Assembly (NCBI GenBank): GCA_044229975.1
Contig: JBGARZ010000008.1
Location: forward strand, 96,001 to 160,000
Source of the DNA: Polyangiales bacterium
Lineage (GTDB): Bacteria > Myxococcota_A > Polyangia > Polyangiales > Ga0077539
Reading direction: 5' to 3'
DNA length: 64,000 bases
Made by a program: the position numbers and the translations under genes
In this document: in pieces, positions 28,248 through 38,095 of the stretch
Layout: every line of letters begins with the position of its first letter
Position numbering within the stretch: the stretch's first letter is position 1
Notes under the pieces: generated by a model
Told to the model about the DNA's origin: nothing
The model's database searches: none
The model's input: the letters and a program-made list of their open reading frames with translations, nothing else

Positions 28248-29375
28248 ATGTCGTTCCGCGATGACCGCGAAGCCGCCCACCAACGCGCCGACCACCTGGA
28301 GCGGGAGCTCAAGCGCACCCAGGACGAGCTTGCCCGACTGAAGGACCCATCGCGGCGCCGTTCCGGCAGCGCGCGCGCCGGTGTCGTGATCGCCGCGGCG
28401 GTGACCGCAGCGACGCTCGTCACGGGCGGGGTGTTCTGGTCGGTGCAACGGGTGGAGGCGCAGAAGCAGGAGGCGCGGGCCCTGGCGCTGCGCGCGCAGG
28501 CGACCGAGGACGCACGGAGCGCCGAGGCCGAACAGGCGAGGGCGCTGGCCGACGCGGAGCGGGCGGCCGACCAACACCGGCGAGAGGTGGCTTCGGCGGC
28601 GGCCGCGACAGCCGCAGCGGAGGCGATCGCCGCGACGACGGCGGCGCGCATCACGTGGCACGGCGTGGTGGGGGCGGCCACGGGCGTCGCGCTCGCGGCT
28701 GACACGCCCTGCACCATCGAGGGGTCCTTCACGCCTACGCCCGGCGGCAACTTGCGCGGACTCACCATCACTTGCGGTGGTCAGCCGATCTACCGCGGGA
28801 GCTCGTCCGCCGGGGTGTCGCTTCGCGAAGGCGCGGTGTTCGGCGGGACGGCCCACGAATACATGCTGCGGTATGCCGACGAGGTCTCGCCGACGCGGGT
28901 GACGCTGTCGACGCTCCAGCACACCGCGACGGTGTGGCGCGAGGGCGACGATGCGATGCGGGTGACGATCTACGTGCGCGACGTGAGCGACGCGCGGGAG
29001 GGTGAGTCCCTGGAGAGAAGATCGGGCACGCGAGCACCGTCCTTCGCGGGCGCGGTCGCGGGCACGGCGCGGGTGACGGCCGTGCGCGGGCGGGCGCCAG
29101 TCGCGGCGGGCGCGCGGTGCGCGTTCGAGGTGCGGTCGGTGTGGGAGTTCCCGGAGAACTGCCGCATGGCGTTGCGCTGCGGGACGACGTGGCTCTACGG
29201 CGCTGGCGAATCGGGCTACCTGACCTGCGAGGTTCCGGCGGGGCGGCCGGTCGGTGCGCTCGACGAGAACACCACCGCGCAGGGCGGCGATCCGCGGGTG
29301 ACGTGGCGGGGGAGGCGGTTGACGGTGAGCGACTTCACCGAGGCCGGCGAGTGGGCCGTCGATCTGGCGCTGTAG
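28248..29375 (+). CDS. Hypothetical membrane-anchored protein with coiled coil and two related Cys-containing beta domains
   Basis: N-terminal coiled coil, TM, Ala-rich stalk; repeated C...(I/L)xCG...(I/L)Y pattern. Confidence 0.65.
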   Translation: MSFRDDREAAHQRADHLERELKRTQDELARLKDPSRRRSGSARAGVVIAAAVTAATLVTGGVFWSVQRVEAQKQEARALALRAQATEDARSAEAEQARALADAERAADQHRREVASAAAATAAAEAIAATTAARITWHGVVGAATGVALAADTPCTIEGSFTPTPGGNLRGLTITCGGQPIYRGSSSAGVSLREGAVFGGTAHEYMLRYADEVSPTRVTLSTLQHTATVWREGDDAMRVTIYVRDVSDAREGESLERRSGTRAPSFAGAVAGTARVTAVRGRAPVAAGARCAFEVRSVWEFPENCRMALRCGTTWLYGAGESGYLTCEVPAGRPVGALDENTTAQGGDPRVTWRGRRLTVSDFTEAGEWAVDLAL

Positions 29376-29397
29376 CGTCGGCCGACCTCTCGGACGC

Positions 29398-31257
29398 CTA
29401 CTCGACGACGGCGCTGAGGTCGACCAGACCGCTGACCCGCGCGCGGTCGGACTCGCCAACGGCGACGATCAGCGTCTGCGCGGTACCACGGTGGACATAG
29501 GTGAACGTGCCGTATCCCTGCGCGAGGCACGCGCCGCCGCACCTGTCCGACAGGGACAACCGGGCGCCCGCTCCACCGACCGGTGAGTTGGTCGCTTCTA
29601 CAGTGAGCCGCGCACCCGTCGTGACCTGCACGGCGTAGTAGAGCACCGGGCCGCGGAAGCCGGTGCACGTCGCGGGCGCGCGCGCTTCGAGGAGGTCGAT
29701 GCCTCTGATGGGCGTCACCGGCGTGAGCGGGAGGGCGCCCGCGCACGTGACGTTGGCGGCGACGGGGCGGAGCGTCGCGCGCACCTCCGCGGGCGAGACG
29801 GAAGAGGAGCGCACGGTCCCCACCGCGACGACCACGGAACGCGCCGCGGTTTCGGTGTTGGAGAAGAGCGCGCGAGTGGATCGACTCCCCATGACGGACG
29901 CGCCGAGACAGTCTCCACTGCAACCGTTGAGCAGGCGCACGAAGCTTCCGTTCTCTCCCTCGCGAAGACGAGCGCTGGTGACCGTGAGCGCTTGCCCGGG
30001 CGGAACCGTGATCGCGTAGTGCAGCGCGGGCAGCAGGGCATCGTCCGCGCCGCAGCGGGGCGTCGGGTCGGTGGCGTCCTCCGGATGCTCGACGCGCGTC
30101 GCGGTGTCGACCGCCAGGGGTAGCGCGGCAGCGCACACCCTCTCGGGTGGCAGAGCCCGGAAGGCCGCGTTGACGTCGACCGCAAGCGAGGGATGGCTCC
30201 CCTGGAGCGCCACCATGGCGATGACGTCCATGGGCGTGTCGGCGCTGTTGTTGTACTGGGCCATGTCGGCGGTCGAAGGCACCGTGGGTAGACAGCCTGT
30301 TCCCCCGCAGGCCGGGTGCATCCGGACGAGGACGTCTGCCGGAGAGGTGTCCCGGCGGACGGTGCTCACCACGAAGGCGGTGCGCGGCGGAACCCGGGCC
30401 GAGTAGTAGAGCGGGTAGACGCCCGAGAAGAGGATGCTTGAGCCCGCGCACAGTCCGACTTGATGGGCGGTCGCGCCGAGGTTCTGGTCGCGCAGGGTGA
30501 CGTCGCCGGCGAGAGGTAGGGCGGTGGCGCAGGTGCGGTTGGGCGCGGGCACATGGAACCGGGCGGCGACCGTGAAGGTGAGCCCAACGCTGAAGGGCAA
30601 AGCCTCCCTGCTCAGGACCACCCGCACGGTGCGCGGGGTCGCCCCGTCGTTGTGAAACATCAGTGGCGCGATGGGGAGGCCAAACCTGGTGTTGGCGAGG
30701 CAGGACGACGCCTCGCACTCCGCGAAGGCTCTCATCGCGAGGCTAGTCCTCTCGGTGCCCTCGTTGGCGACGTCGACCTCCAGGATCGTGTTCGCAGGGA
30801 CGGTGACCCGATACCAGCGTTCGTAATAGTTGCTGGAGGGCGACCCGTCGCAGTTGCGGAGCGTCCCCGGCGTCCCCCGAACCAGGGACTGACTGGTAAG
30901 AATCTCCCCGCCCCGCAGCTCCGTGGCGACCTCGCAGCGCCCGCCTGAAGGAGCCACCCCGGCGTCGAGGTGGTCATCCCCTGGCACGTCGATGCGGTCG
31001 TTCGCCACGTCCATCGGAGCAGACACGCCGACGTCGGACACGCCAACGTCGGGCGCGCCAACGTCGGGCGCGTCGAAGCCCGGTGCGTCCACCACCAGTG
31101 CGTCGATTCCGGTCGGTGGCCGATCGGGGACCGATGGGACATCGACACGCTCGATCGTGCGCTCGTCGTCCATCGACGCATCGGTCGCCCGTACCGTCGC
31201 GCTGCACCCCAGCGCGCACGTCACCGCGACGACCCACCCACGCACGAGCGCTCCCAT
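29398..31257 (-). CDS. Hypothetical lipoprotein with four tandem PPC-like beta-sandwich modules
   Basis: Lipobox ALGC; Asp-rich linker; four C..A..L...C...(L)YY.V.VP modules. Confidence 0.7.
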   Translation of the reverse strand: MGALVRGWVVAVTCALGCSATVRATDASMDDERTIERVDVPSVPDRPPTGIDALVVDAPGFDAPDVGAPDVGVSDVGVSAPMDVANDRIDVPGDDHLDAGVAPSGGRCEVATELRGGEILTSQSLVRGTPGTLRNCDGSPSSNYYERWYRVTVPANTILEVDVANEGTERTSLAMRAFAECEASSCLANTRFGLPIAPLMFHNDGATPRTVRVVLSREALPFSVGLTFTVAARFHVPAPNRTCATALPLAGDVTLRDQNLGATAHQVGLCAGSSILFSGVYPLYYSARVPPRTAFVVSTVRRDTSPADVLVRMHPACGGTGCLPTVPSTADMAQYNNSADTPMDVIAMVALQGSHPSLAVDVNAAFRALPPERVCAAALPLAVDTATRVEHPEDATDPTPRCGADDALLPALHYAITVPPGQALTVTSARLREGENGSFVRLLNGCSGDCLGASVMGSRSTRALFSNTETAARSVVVAVGTVRSSSVSPAEVRATLRPVAANVTCAGALPLTPVTPIRGIDLLEARAPATCTGFRGPVLYYAVQVTTGARLTVEATNSPVGGAGARLSLSDRCGGACLAQGYGTFTYVHRGTAQTLIVAVGESDRARVSGLVDLSAVVE

Positions 31258-31330
31258 CGTCGTCTCTTGTAACAGATCGCCTTCGCTTCCGGGGCGACCA
31301 CCCCTCGGCGCCTGGCGCTACCCTCGTCGC

Positions 31331-31777
31331 ATGAGCCCACGTGTCGCCCTGCTCACCGCGGTCCTGTTCGCGACGGTCGCGCGCGCCGATCCGCCGCCGC
31401 GCAGCACGGTCACCGTCGGCGGCGTCCGCCTCGCTGGCGAGATGGACTCTTCCAGCACCGGCGTACGCCGCGAGCCCGGCTACGTGCTCACCAACCTCAC
31501 GGGCTCACCGCGCGCGGTGGGACTCGTCACGCTCGTGGGCCTCGGCGACGCGAGGCCGCTGCCGCTCCCCATCGAGGGCCCGCGGCGCATCGTGCTCGCG
31601 CCCCACGAGACACTCCCGCTGCTGATCGCCTACTCGGGACAGCCCGTGCACCTCGGCGGGGGGCTCTCGTACTATCGATTCTCACTGACCATCGCGGTCG
31701 GCGGTCAGCGCGCCTCGGCGCTCGCAACCAACGCCTATGTGTGCCGTATCCCGATCCGCCACCTCTCACCCCCGTAG
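31331..31777 (+). CDS. Small secreted hypothetical protein
   Basis: Signal peptide ending ARA-DPPP; beta-rich body. Confidence 0.55.
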   Translation: MSPRVALLTAVLFATVARADPPPRSTVTVGGVRLAGEMDSSSTGVRREPGYVLTNLTGSPRAVGLVTLVGLGDARPLPLPIEGPRRIVLAPHETLPLLIAYSGQPVHLGGGLSYYRFSLTIAVGGQRASALATNAYVCRIPIRHLSPP

Positions 31778-31805
31778 ACGCAAACCCGGATTGCCCTCGA
31801 CTTCG

Positions 31806-33800
31806 ATGTCGCGCCTGAGGCTCACCGCGACGCTCCTGCTGGGCGCGCTGGCCGCAGCCGTCGGTGCGTGCACGTCGACGACGGAGCACCACCGCGCCGC
31901 CGCATCGGCCCTGATGCTCGACCCCGCGCGGATAGGCGACGGCGTGAAGGAGACCCTCGCCGCGGATGGTCGGGCGCGCGTGCTCGTCCTGCTCGTCGAC
32001 CCGACGCCCGTGGACGCCACCGACGACGTCCGTCGATCCGCCGTCGCTGCTGCCACGGACGCGACCCTCGGCGCGCTGTCGCCCAACGACTTCAGCCTCT
32101 TCCGCCGCTACCAGTTGGTCCCAGCGTTGGCGGGTGACGTGACCCGCGCGGGACTCGACGCGCTCGTCGCCGACCCGCGGGTGCGGCGCGTGGAGGCCGA
32201 CCTCCCGACGCAGGCCCACCTTCGTGAGAGCACCGTCGTGATGGGCGCGGTGGCCGCCCGTGCCGCTTTCGGGGTGACGGGCCGCGGCGTGCGCGTAGCC
32301 GTGCTCGACACCGGGGTCCTCACGACCCACGCCGACCTCTCGGACGACCTCGTCGCGCAGCACTGCTTCACCCACTCGGCGTGTCCGCCCGGGATGACCT
32401 CGGAGGGCATCAGCGCGGAGGACGACAACAACCACGGGAGCAACGTCGCGGGCATCATCACGTCGCGCGGAACCGTCGTCGGAGCGGGCGTCGCGCCGGA
32501 CGCGGAGATCGTCGCGGTGAAGGTCCTCGCCGCCAACAACACGGGCTTCATCTCGGACTGGGTCGCCGGGCTCGACTGGGTGCGCGCCAACCTCGGCACC
32601 ACCGGGGTGCGCGTCGTCAACATGAGCCTCGGCACCGGAGCCCTCTACTCCGGCAACTGCGACGCCAACCAGACCACCATGGCCACCGCCATCGCCCTGC
32701 TCGTCGCGCGCGATGTCGTGGTGTTCGCGTCCACGGGCAACCAGGGATCGTCCGACCGCATCGCGGCGCCCGCCTGCAACTCCGGGGTCATCGCCGTCGG
32801 CGCGTTGTACGACGGCGCCCTCGGTCGCGAGCCCGACACGGGCACCTACCAGTCCCTCTTCGCGGGATCCTGGCCGGCGTGCTTCGACGCCACGACCGGC
32901 ACCGACACGATCACCTGCTTCACCAACAGCAGCGCCTCGATGGACCTCGTCGCCCCCGGCGCGGTCATCGTGTCCGCCGGCCGCGCCCTCGGCGGCATCA
33001 GCACCTTCCGCGGCACCTCCCAGGCATCGCCCCACGCCGCCGGCACCGCGGCGCTCATGCTCGAATGCAGTCCCCTCCTCACGCCGGCTGGGGTGGAGAG
33101 CGTTCTGCGGTCGACGGGCGCGCCCGTGGTCGATGCTCGCAACGGCCTGAGCTTTCCCTCGCTGCGCGCACTCGAAGCGACCCGCATCGCCTGCCAGTGC
33201 CGGGGACGATCGGAGGGCGACACCTGCGACGACGGCAACCCGTGCACGACGGGCGAGGTCTGCCGCTCGGGCCTCTGTGGCAACGGCCGCCCCACGTCCT
33301 GCCCGGGCGTGGACGCGGGCGTGGACGCTGGGGTGGACGTCGTGGACGTCGTGGATGTCGTGGATGTCGTGGATGTCGTGGATGTCATCGACGTCGTGGA
33401 CGTCGTGGATGTCGTGGATGTCGTGGATGTCATCGACGTCGTGGACGTCGGCCAGGAGATCGGTGCCGACGTCGTCGACGCCAACGTGAATGATGCGGTC
33501 GATATTGGGGACACCGACGTCGGCTCGGTCGCGGTGATGGACGCCGGCACGGTCGACGTCGGACAGGCGCCGCTCGACGCGACGATCGCAGACGCAGCTC
33601 CGGTCGACAGCGCGATCGATGGAGGAGTCGCCACGGACGTGGTCGCCTCGGACGCGCCCGATGGAGGGTCGTTGCCAGCCACCCGCAGCGGCTGCGACTG
33701 CAACGTCGACGGGCAGGCAGCGAGTGGTTCGTGGGCACCGTGGGGGCTGCTCGCGGTGCTCCCGCTGACGCGGCGAAGGAGGCGCAGGGTCCGGGCCTGA
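31806..33800 (+). CDS. S8 subtilisin-like serine protease with Cys-rich module, DVV repeat stalk and MYXO-CTERM-like tail
   Basis: Catalytic triad motifs VAVLDTG, HGSNVAG and GTSQASPH; tail SGCDC...WGLLAVLPLTRRRRRR. Confidence 0.92.
   Translation: MSRLRLTATLLLGALAAAVGACTSTTEHHRAAASALMLDPARIGDGVKETLAADGRARVLVLLVDPTPVDATDDVRRSAVAAATDATLGALSPNDFSLFRRYQLVPALAGDVTRAGLDALVADPRVRRVEADLPTQAHLRESTVVMGAVAARAAFGVTGRGVRVAVLDTGVLTTHADLSDDLVAQHCFTHSACPPGMTSEGISAEDDNNHGSNVAGIITSRGTVVGAGVAPDAEIVAVKVLAANNTGFISDWVAGLDWVRANLGTTGVRVVNMSLGTGALYSGNCDANQTTMATAIALLVARDVVVFASTGNQGSSDRIAAPACNSGVIAVGALYDGALGREPDTGTYQSLFAGSWPACFDATTGTDTITCFTNSSASMDLVAPGAVIVSAGRALGGISTFRGTSQASPHAAGTAALMLECSPLLTPAGVESVLRSTGAPVVDARNGLSFPSLRALEATRIACQCRGRSEGDTCDDGNPCTTGEVCRSGLCGNGRPTSCPGVDAGVDAGVDVVDVVDVVDVVDVVDVIDVVDVVDVVDVVDVIDVVDVGQEIGADVVDANVNDAVDIGDTDVGSVAVMDAGTVDVGQAPLDATIADAAPVDSAIDGGVATDVVASDAPDGGSLPATRSGCDCNVDGQAASGSWAPWGLLAVLPLTRRRRRRVRA
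33336..33449 (+). repeat. 9-bp coding tandem repeat GA(C/T)GTC(GTG/ATC), 12 full units encoding DV(V/I)
   Basis: Directly visible tandem array inside the protease gene. Confidence 0.95.
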
Positions 33801-33821
33801 AGGCGAAGGAAAGCTCGCGGG

Positions 33822-35114
33822 TTGATCCATGCTACGGGAGTCCGTGTGAGAGCCCAGCGCGCGGCACGATGCTCCCTCGGCCTCGTCCTTCTCTCGTCGT
33901 GCGCCATGTCGGTGAGCGGGGCGGACCCTTCGCGCGCCGACGCTGCTGCCGACGTCGCACCCCAACCGGACGTCGCAGCCCAGCCCGATGGGCCGACGAC
34001 CTTGCCCACGGACGTCGGCCCCGTCGACCCTCGTTGCCCGCAGCGCCCTTGTCTTCCGGCGCCGATCATTCGCGCGTCGTCCCTCGGCACGTGGCTCATC
34101 CACCCCGACGGCCGAACCCTCTTCTGGGGCGCGCGCCGCACCCCCGGCCTTGCCATCGAAGAGCCCGCCCGACGCTTCATGGCGCCGACCCCTGGTCCCC
34201 GCTTGCCCGATGGGCTCATCGACGCCGCCGCGGGCACGTCGCACGTCTGCGGGCTCTTCGCGTACCCACGCCGCGTGATCTGCTGGGGCGACAACGCCGA
34301 TGGCCAGCTCGGTCGCGGCTCCTTCGGCGGCTCCGACGAGCCGACCATGGTGGCGAACCTCGCCAACATCGATGCGGTCGCGGCCACCGATGACCAATCC
34401 TGGGCGCTGACCGAGACCGGAACCTTCGCCTGGGGACGGTTCCAGCTGTACGGAGGGGTGCCTCAGCGCACGAGCGCCCCGATGCGGATGCACGCGGCGC
34501 CTGCCTACTCGTTCCGGTTCGCCACGGGCTGGGGGAAGGGCTGGGGCTTTCTCACGTCCGACGGAGAAGTCTTCGCCTTCGGCTTCGGAGCGGCCGCCGG
34601 GTCGAGGGTCGACGCGCCCGTCTATTCGCCGACCCGCATCGGGCCGATGCCCGCCGCCGTCGACTACGCAGCCACCTTCGAGTCCTCCTGCGCCGTCGCG
34701 GTCGACGGGGCGGTCTACTGCTGGGGAGCGAGGCGCTTCTTCCTGACGACGGCCAACGACGGCTTCTCGCGAACTACCACCCCCGAACGCGTAGCCGACA
34801 TCTCCGACGCCGTCCGCGTGCACCTCAACGGGGACATGGCCTGTGCGTTGACACGCGGTGGGCTCGTCCAATGCTGGGGCCGCGTCGATCGCAACACCGG
34901 CAGCGCCAACGCCGAGGCGCGGGTCTACGCCGCGGCCGGTCCGGTGATGAACCTCCCGCCAGTGCGCGAGCTCACGCTCGGGTTGTCGCACGCCTGCGCG
35001 ATCACCACGGACGATGTCGTCTACTGCTGGGGCGACAACGACCAGGGACAGCTCGGACCGCTGGCGTTCGCAGGCAACAGCTCGACCCCGGTGCTCGTCG
35101 GGCGTCTGCGGTAG
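33822..35114 (+). CDS. RCC1/BLIP-II repeat lipoprotein (start uncertain)
   Basis: HVCGL...ICWGDNADGQLG and HACAI...YCWGDNDQGQLG; lipobox-like LSSC. Confidence 0.85.
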   Translation: MIHATGVRVRAQRAARCSLGLVLLSSCAMSVSGADPSRADAAADVAPQPDVAAQPDGPTTLPTDVGPVDPRCPQRPCLPAPIIRASSLGTWLIHPDGRTLFWGARRTPGLAIEEPARRFMAPTPGPRLPDGLIDAAAGTSHVCGLFAYPRRVICWGDNADGQLGRGSFGGSDEPTMVANLANIDAVAATDDQSWALTETGTFAWGRFQLYGGVPQRTSAPMRMHAAPAYSFRFATGWGKGWGFLTSDGEVFAFGFGAAAGSRVDAPVYSPTRIGPMPAAVDYAATFESSCAVAVDGAVYCWGARRFFLTTANDGFSRTTTPERVADISDAVRVHLNGDMACALTRGGLVQCWGRVDRNTGSANAEARVYAAAGPVMNLPPVRELTLGLSHACAITTDDVVYCWGDNDQGQLGPLAFAGNSSTPVLVGRLR

Positions 35115-35123
35115 CGCGGACGG

Positions 35124-35891
35124 CTACTTCTGCGCCGGCGAGTTGATCGCCCACACCACGCCGAAGGGGTCGGTCAACTGCCCGTACTTGTCGCCCCAGG
35201 GCGCGACCGCGAAGGGCAGCTTCTCCGTACAGCCCGCCTCGATCGCGCGCGACCACCACGCGTCGCCGTCGGCCACGACGAGCTGCATCGTGTACGAGCC
35301 CGACCGCTGCACCGGGGCGAAGCCCATCTCCGGGAAGTTGTCGGCGATCATGAAGGCGCCGCCGTTGATCACGAGGTGGCAGTGCATCAGCCGCTTGCCG
35401 TCGCGACCCGGCATGCACGCGACCTCCGTGGCGCCAAAAGCCTTCTGGTAGAAGGCCGACGCCTCGCTCGCGCCATCGAAGCTCAGGTACGGAACAACCC
35501 CCGCCGGCAAGTGCTGCGGCCGGTCCATCAGCTTGTGATCGGGCGGCGGGTACATCTCACCCACCTGGATGAGTTCGAGCGTCCCGTCGCCCATGAGTTC
35601 GAGCGTGCGCTTCGCGTCCTCGATCGCGGCTTCCTTGCTGTCGTGGGAGGTCAGCGAGTAGCCGCCGCCCGCCATCCAGCCGTCGCCGCTCGGCGGGTCT
35701 TCGACGGTGAACTCACCGTCCTTGCGGATGACGCGCGCGGCGGCGGTGGCGCGCTTGCCGAGTCCGCCCGTGGCCAGCGTCGTGCCGTTGGCGATCTTCT
35801 CGGCGATGGCGGCGCGCACCCTGGCCATGTGCTCGATGTCGGGTGGGCTCTTCATGGGCCCGGCGGCGACGGTGATTTGCAGGAAGCGCAT
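35124..35891 (-). CDS. YCII-like domain fused to a VOC/PhnB glyoxalase domain
   Basis: C-terminal half VVPYLSFDGASEASAFYQKAFGA...PWGDKYGQLTDPFGVVW; N-terminal half resembles YCII/DGPF proteins. Confidence 0.8.
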   Translation of the reverse strand: MRFLQITVAAGPMKSPPDIEHMARVRAAIAEKIANGTTLATGGLGKRATAAARVIRKDGEFTVEDPPSGDGWMAGGGYSLTSHDSKEAAIEDAKRTLELMGDGTLELIQVGEMYPPPDHKLMDRPQHLPAGVVPYLSFDGASEASAFYQKAFGATEVACMPGRDGKRLMHCHLVINGGAFMIADNFPEMGFAPVQRSGSYTMQLVVADGDAWWSRAIEAGCTEKLPFAVAPWGDKYGQLTDPFGVVWAINSPAQK

Positions 35892-36128
35892 GGGGTTGTC
35901 CTCCGCCCCGCCGGATGAACCCTCCGCGGGTGACGTGACAAGTTCCTGGCGACCCGGCGGGCGGGTGGGTATCGACGAGCGGGGCCGGGGCGCGGCGAGC
36001 GAGGACCAGCGCCAGGACGTCCGGGGAGGCCGTGGATCACGGCCGTTGGTACTGGGGACACCACGTCGTCCTCCGCATCCAAAGGAGAACTGCTCGCTAG
36101 GTCCACGCCGGAATTCGCCGTGCCATCA

Positions 36129-36373
36129 CCGCGTCCACGCCGGAGTTCACCGTGCCGCCGCCGCGCCCGTCGCGCTCGGTTTACTCCGGGCTATTTCACG
36201 CGGATCGCCCCGCTTGAAGCGGGGCTCTCTGAATCCGATCCTGGGCCACCAACCGTCGCATGAAGAGCCGCCTGAGCCCCGCTTCAAGCGGGGCGATCCG
36301 CGTGAAATAGCCCGGAGTGAACCGAGCGCGACGGGCGCGGCGGCGGCACGGTGAACTCCGTGCGTGGACGCGG
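36129..36373. repeat. Long intergenic inverted repeat HP2 (~99-bp arms, 46-bp spacer)
   Basis: 36129..36227 pairs with 36274..36373 (one mismatch, one bulge); homologous to HP1 and HP3. Confidence 0.95.
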
Positions 36374-36555
36374 CGGGTTCTCAACCTCGGACACTGCGAC
36401 TCCAACTTCGACAGTACGAGCGCCTGTGCGGAGCGCGGTGCCTCACGCCACCCGATGCACCGCCGGTGCGAGACGGCACCCCGTCGTTGCGCATCCCGAT
36501 GAGCCAGTGAGTCGAGGAGTAGCGCGCCGCGGCCATATGACCTATCAGCGGCGCC

Positions 36556-38082
36556 ATGGTCACTGCCCGCCGGGGTCTCGCGCCTTCGTTCGCGCTCCTT
36601 CTCTCATTGAGTCAGGCGTCCATCGTCGGTTGCGACCCGACCCACTCGGGACCGTTGAACCCTGACGACGCCGGGAGCCCGACCGATGTCGCCACGGTCG
36701 ACGGCGGCGGGCCGGACAGCGCACGCGACGACAGCGGCACGACGGACGTGGTCACGATCGCGGAGGCGAGCGTCGACAGCGGGTCGACCGACGCACCCGT
36801 CGCGATGACCGATGTCATTGCGATCGATGTCGGGCGCGACGCGGGCGGCGTCGATGCACCCGCCGCGAGCGACGTGGTCGACGCAGGGCGTACAAGCGAT
36901 GCGGCAGCGGCGGTCGATGTTCCGACGGCGACGGACGTGCCCGCGATGGATGTGCCGCCGACGATGGATGTGCCCGCGGTGGACGTTCCGAGGGTCGACG
37001 TGCCCGCGGTGGACGTCCCGGCGATGGATGTGCCTCCGGCGGTCGACGTGCCGACGGCGGACGCGTGCATCGCCCGTTGCACGGGTCGGGTCTGCGGCAG
37101 CGACGGGTGCGGCGGAACCTGCGGCCCAGGCTGTGCGACGGGGCAGCTCTGCGTGACGAGCGCGGGCACCTGCGCGGTCGATCGCACCGCGTGGACGCGC
37201 CGTACGTTGTCGTCATCCCCCAACGGTCGCCAGCACGGAACGATGGCCTTCGACAGTCGCCGCAACGTCATCGTGCTCTTCGGTGGCGACACCACGTCGG
37301 CCACCTACGGCGCCGACACCTGGGAGTACGACGGCATGACGTGGACGCGTCGCACGCTCTCCACCTCGCCCAACGGTCGGCAGCACGCGACCATGGCCTT
37401 CGACAGCCGTCGCAACGTGATGGTGCTCTTCGGCGGCGACACCACGTCCGCGACCTACGGCGCCGACACCTGGGAGTACGACGGACTCAACTGGTCGCGC
37501 CGCACCCTGCCGAGCAGCCCCAACGGCCGCCAGCACGGAACGATGGCCTTCGACAGCAACCGCAACGTGATGGTGCTCTTCGGCGGCGACACCACGTCGG
37601 CGACCTATGGCGCCGACACCTGGGAGTACGAGGGCACGACGTGGACGCGTCGCACGCTCCCCGCCTCGCCCAACGGTCGCCAGCACGGCACGATGGCCTT
37701 CGACAGTCGCCGCAACGTCATCGTGCTCTTCGGTGGCGACACCACGTCGGCCACCTACGGCTCGGATACGTGGGAGTACAACGGCACGACGTGGACGCGC
37801 CGCACGTTGTCCACGTCGGCCAACGGGCGGCAGCACGGGACGATGGCCTTCGATCCGGTGCGAGGTCGAACGGTGCTCTTCGGCGGCGACACCACGACGG
37901 CGACCTACGGCGCCGACACCTGGGAGTACGACGGAACCACATGGACACGTCGCTCGCCCAGCAGCTCGCCCAACGGTCGGCAACACGGGACGATGGCCTT
38001 CGACAGCCACCGCAATGTGATGGTGCTCTTCGGTGGCGACACCACGTCGGCTACCTACGGCGCCGACACCTGGGAGTATTGA
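36556..38082 (+). CDS. Lipoprotein with six near-identical Kelch-like repeats (beta-propeller)
   Basis: Lipobox IVGC; Asp-rich linker; CGSDGCGGTCG module; six copies of PNGRQHGTMAFD..R...VLFGGD....YG.DTWEY. Confidence 0.9.
   Translation: MVTARRGLAPSFALLLSLSQASIVGCDPTHSGPLNPDDAGSPTDVATVDGGGPDSARDDSGTTDVVTIAEASVDSGSTDAPVAMTDVIAIDVGRDAGGVDAPAASDVVDAGRTSDAAAAVDVPTATDVPAMDVPPTMDVPAVDVPRVDVPAVDVPAMDVPPAVDVPTADACIARCTGRVCGSDGCGGTCGPGCATGQLCVTSAGTCAVDRTAWTRRTLSSSPNGRQHGTMAFDSRRNVIVLFGGDTTSATYGADTWEYDGMTWTRRTLSTSPNGRQHATMAFDSRRNVMVLFGGDTTSATYGADTWEYDGLNWSRRTLPSSPNGRQHGTMAFDSNRNVMVLFGGDTTSATYGADTWEYEGTTWTRRTLPASPNGRQHGTMAFDSRRNVIVLFGGDTTSATYGSDTWEYNGTTWTRRTLSTSANGRQHGTMAFDPVRGRTVLFGGDTTTATYGADTWEYDGTTWTRRSPSSSPNGRQHGTMAFDSHRNVMVLFGGDTTSATYGADTWEY
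37192..38079 (+). repeat. Six tandem 150-bp coding repeats
   Basis: Units start at 37192, 37342, 37492, 37642, 37792 and 37942. Confidence 0.95.
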
Positions 38083-38095
38083 GCGCCGACGGCTC

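Noticed and set aside
31527..34991. Very long antisense ORFs (e.g. the 1154-aa minus ORF; also 8725-10236, 42809-45358, 50504-52417)
   Set aside because: Shadow ORFs of high-GC coding genes with no recognisable motifs; the opposite frame has clear family signatures
37192..38079. Regularly spaced repeats as a possible CRISPR array
   Set aside because: Contiguous 150-bp in-frame coding units with no unique spacers and no cas genes; the same applies to 6601-7812
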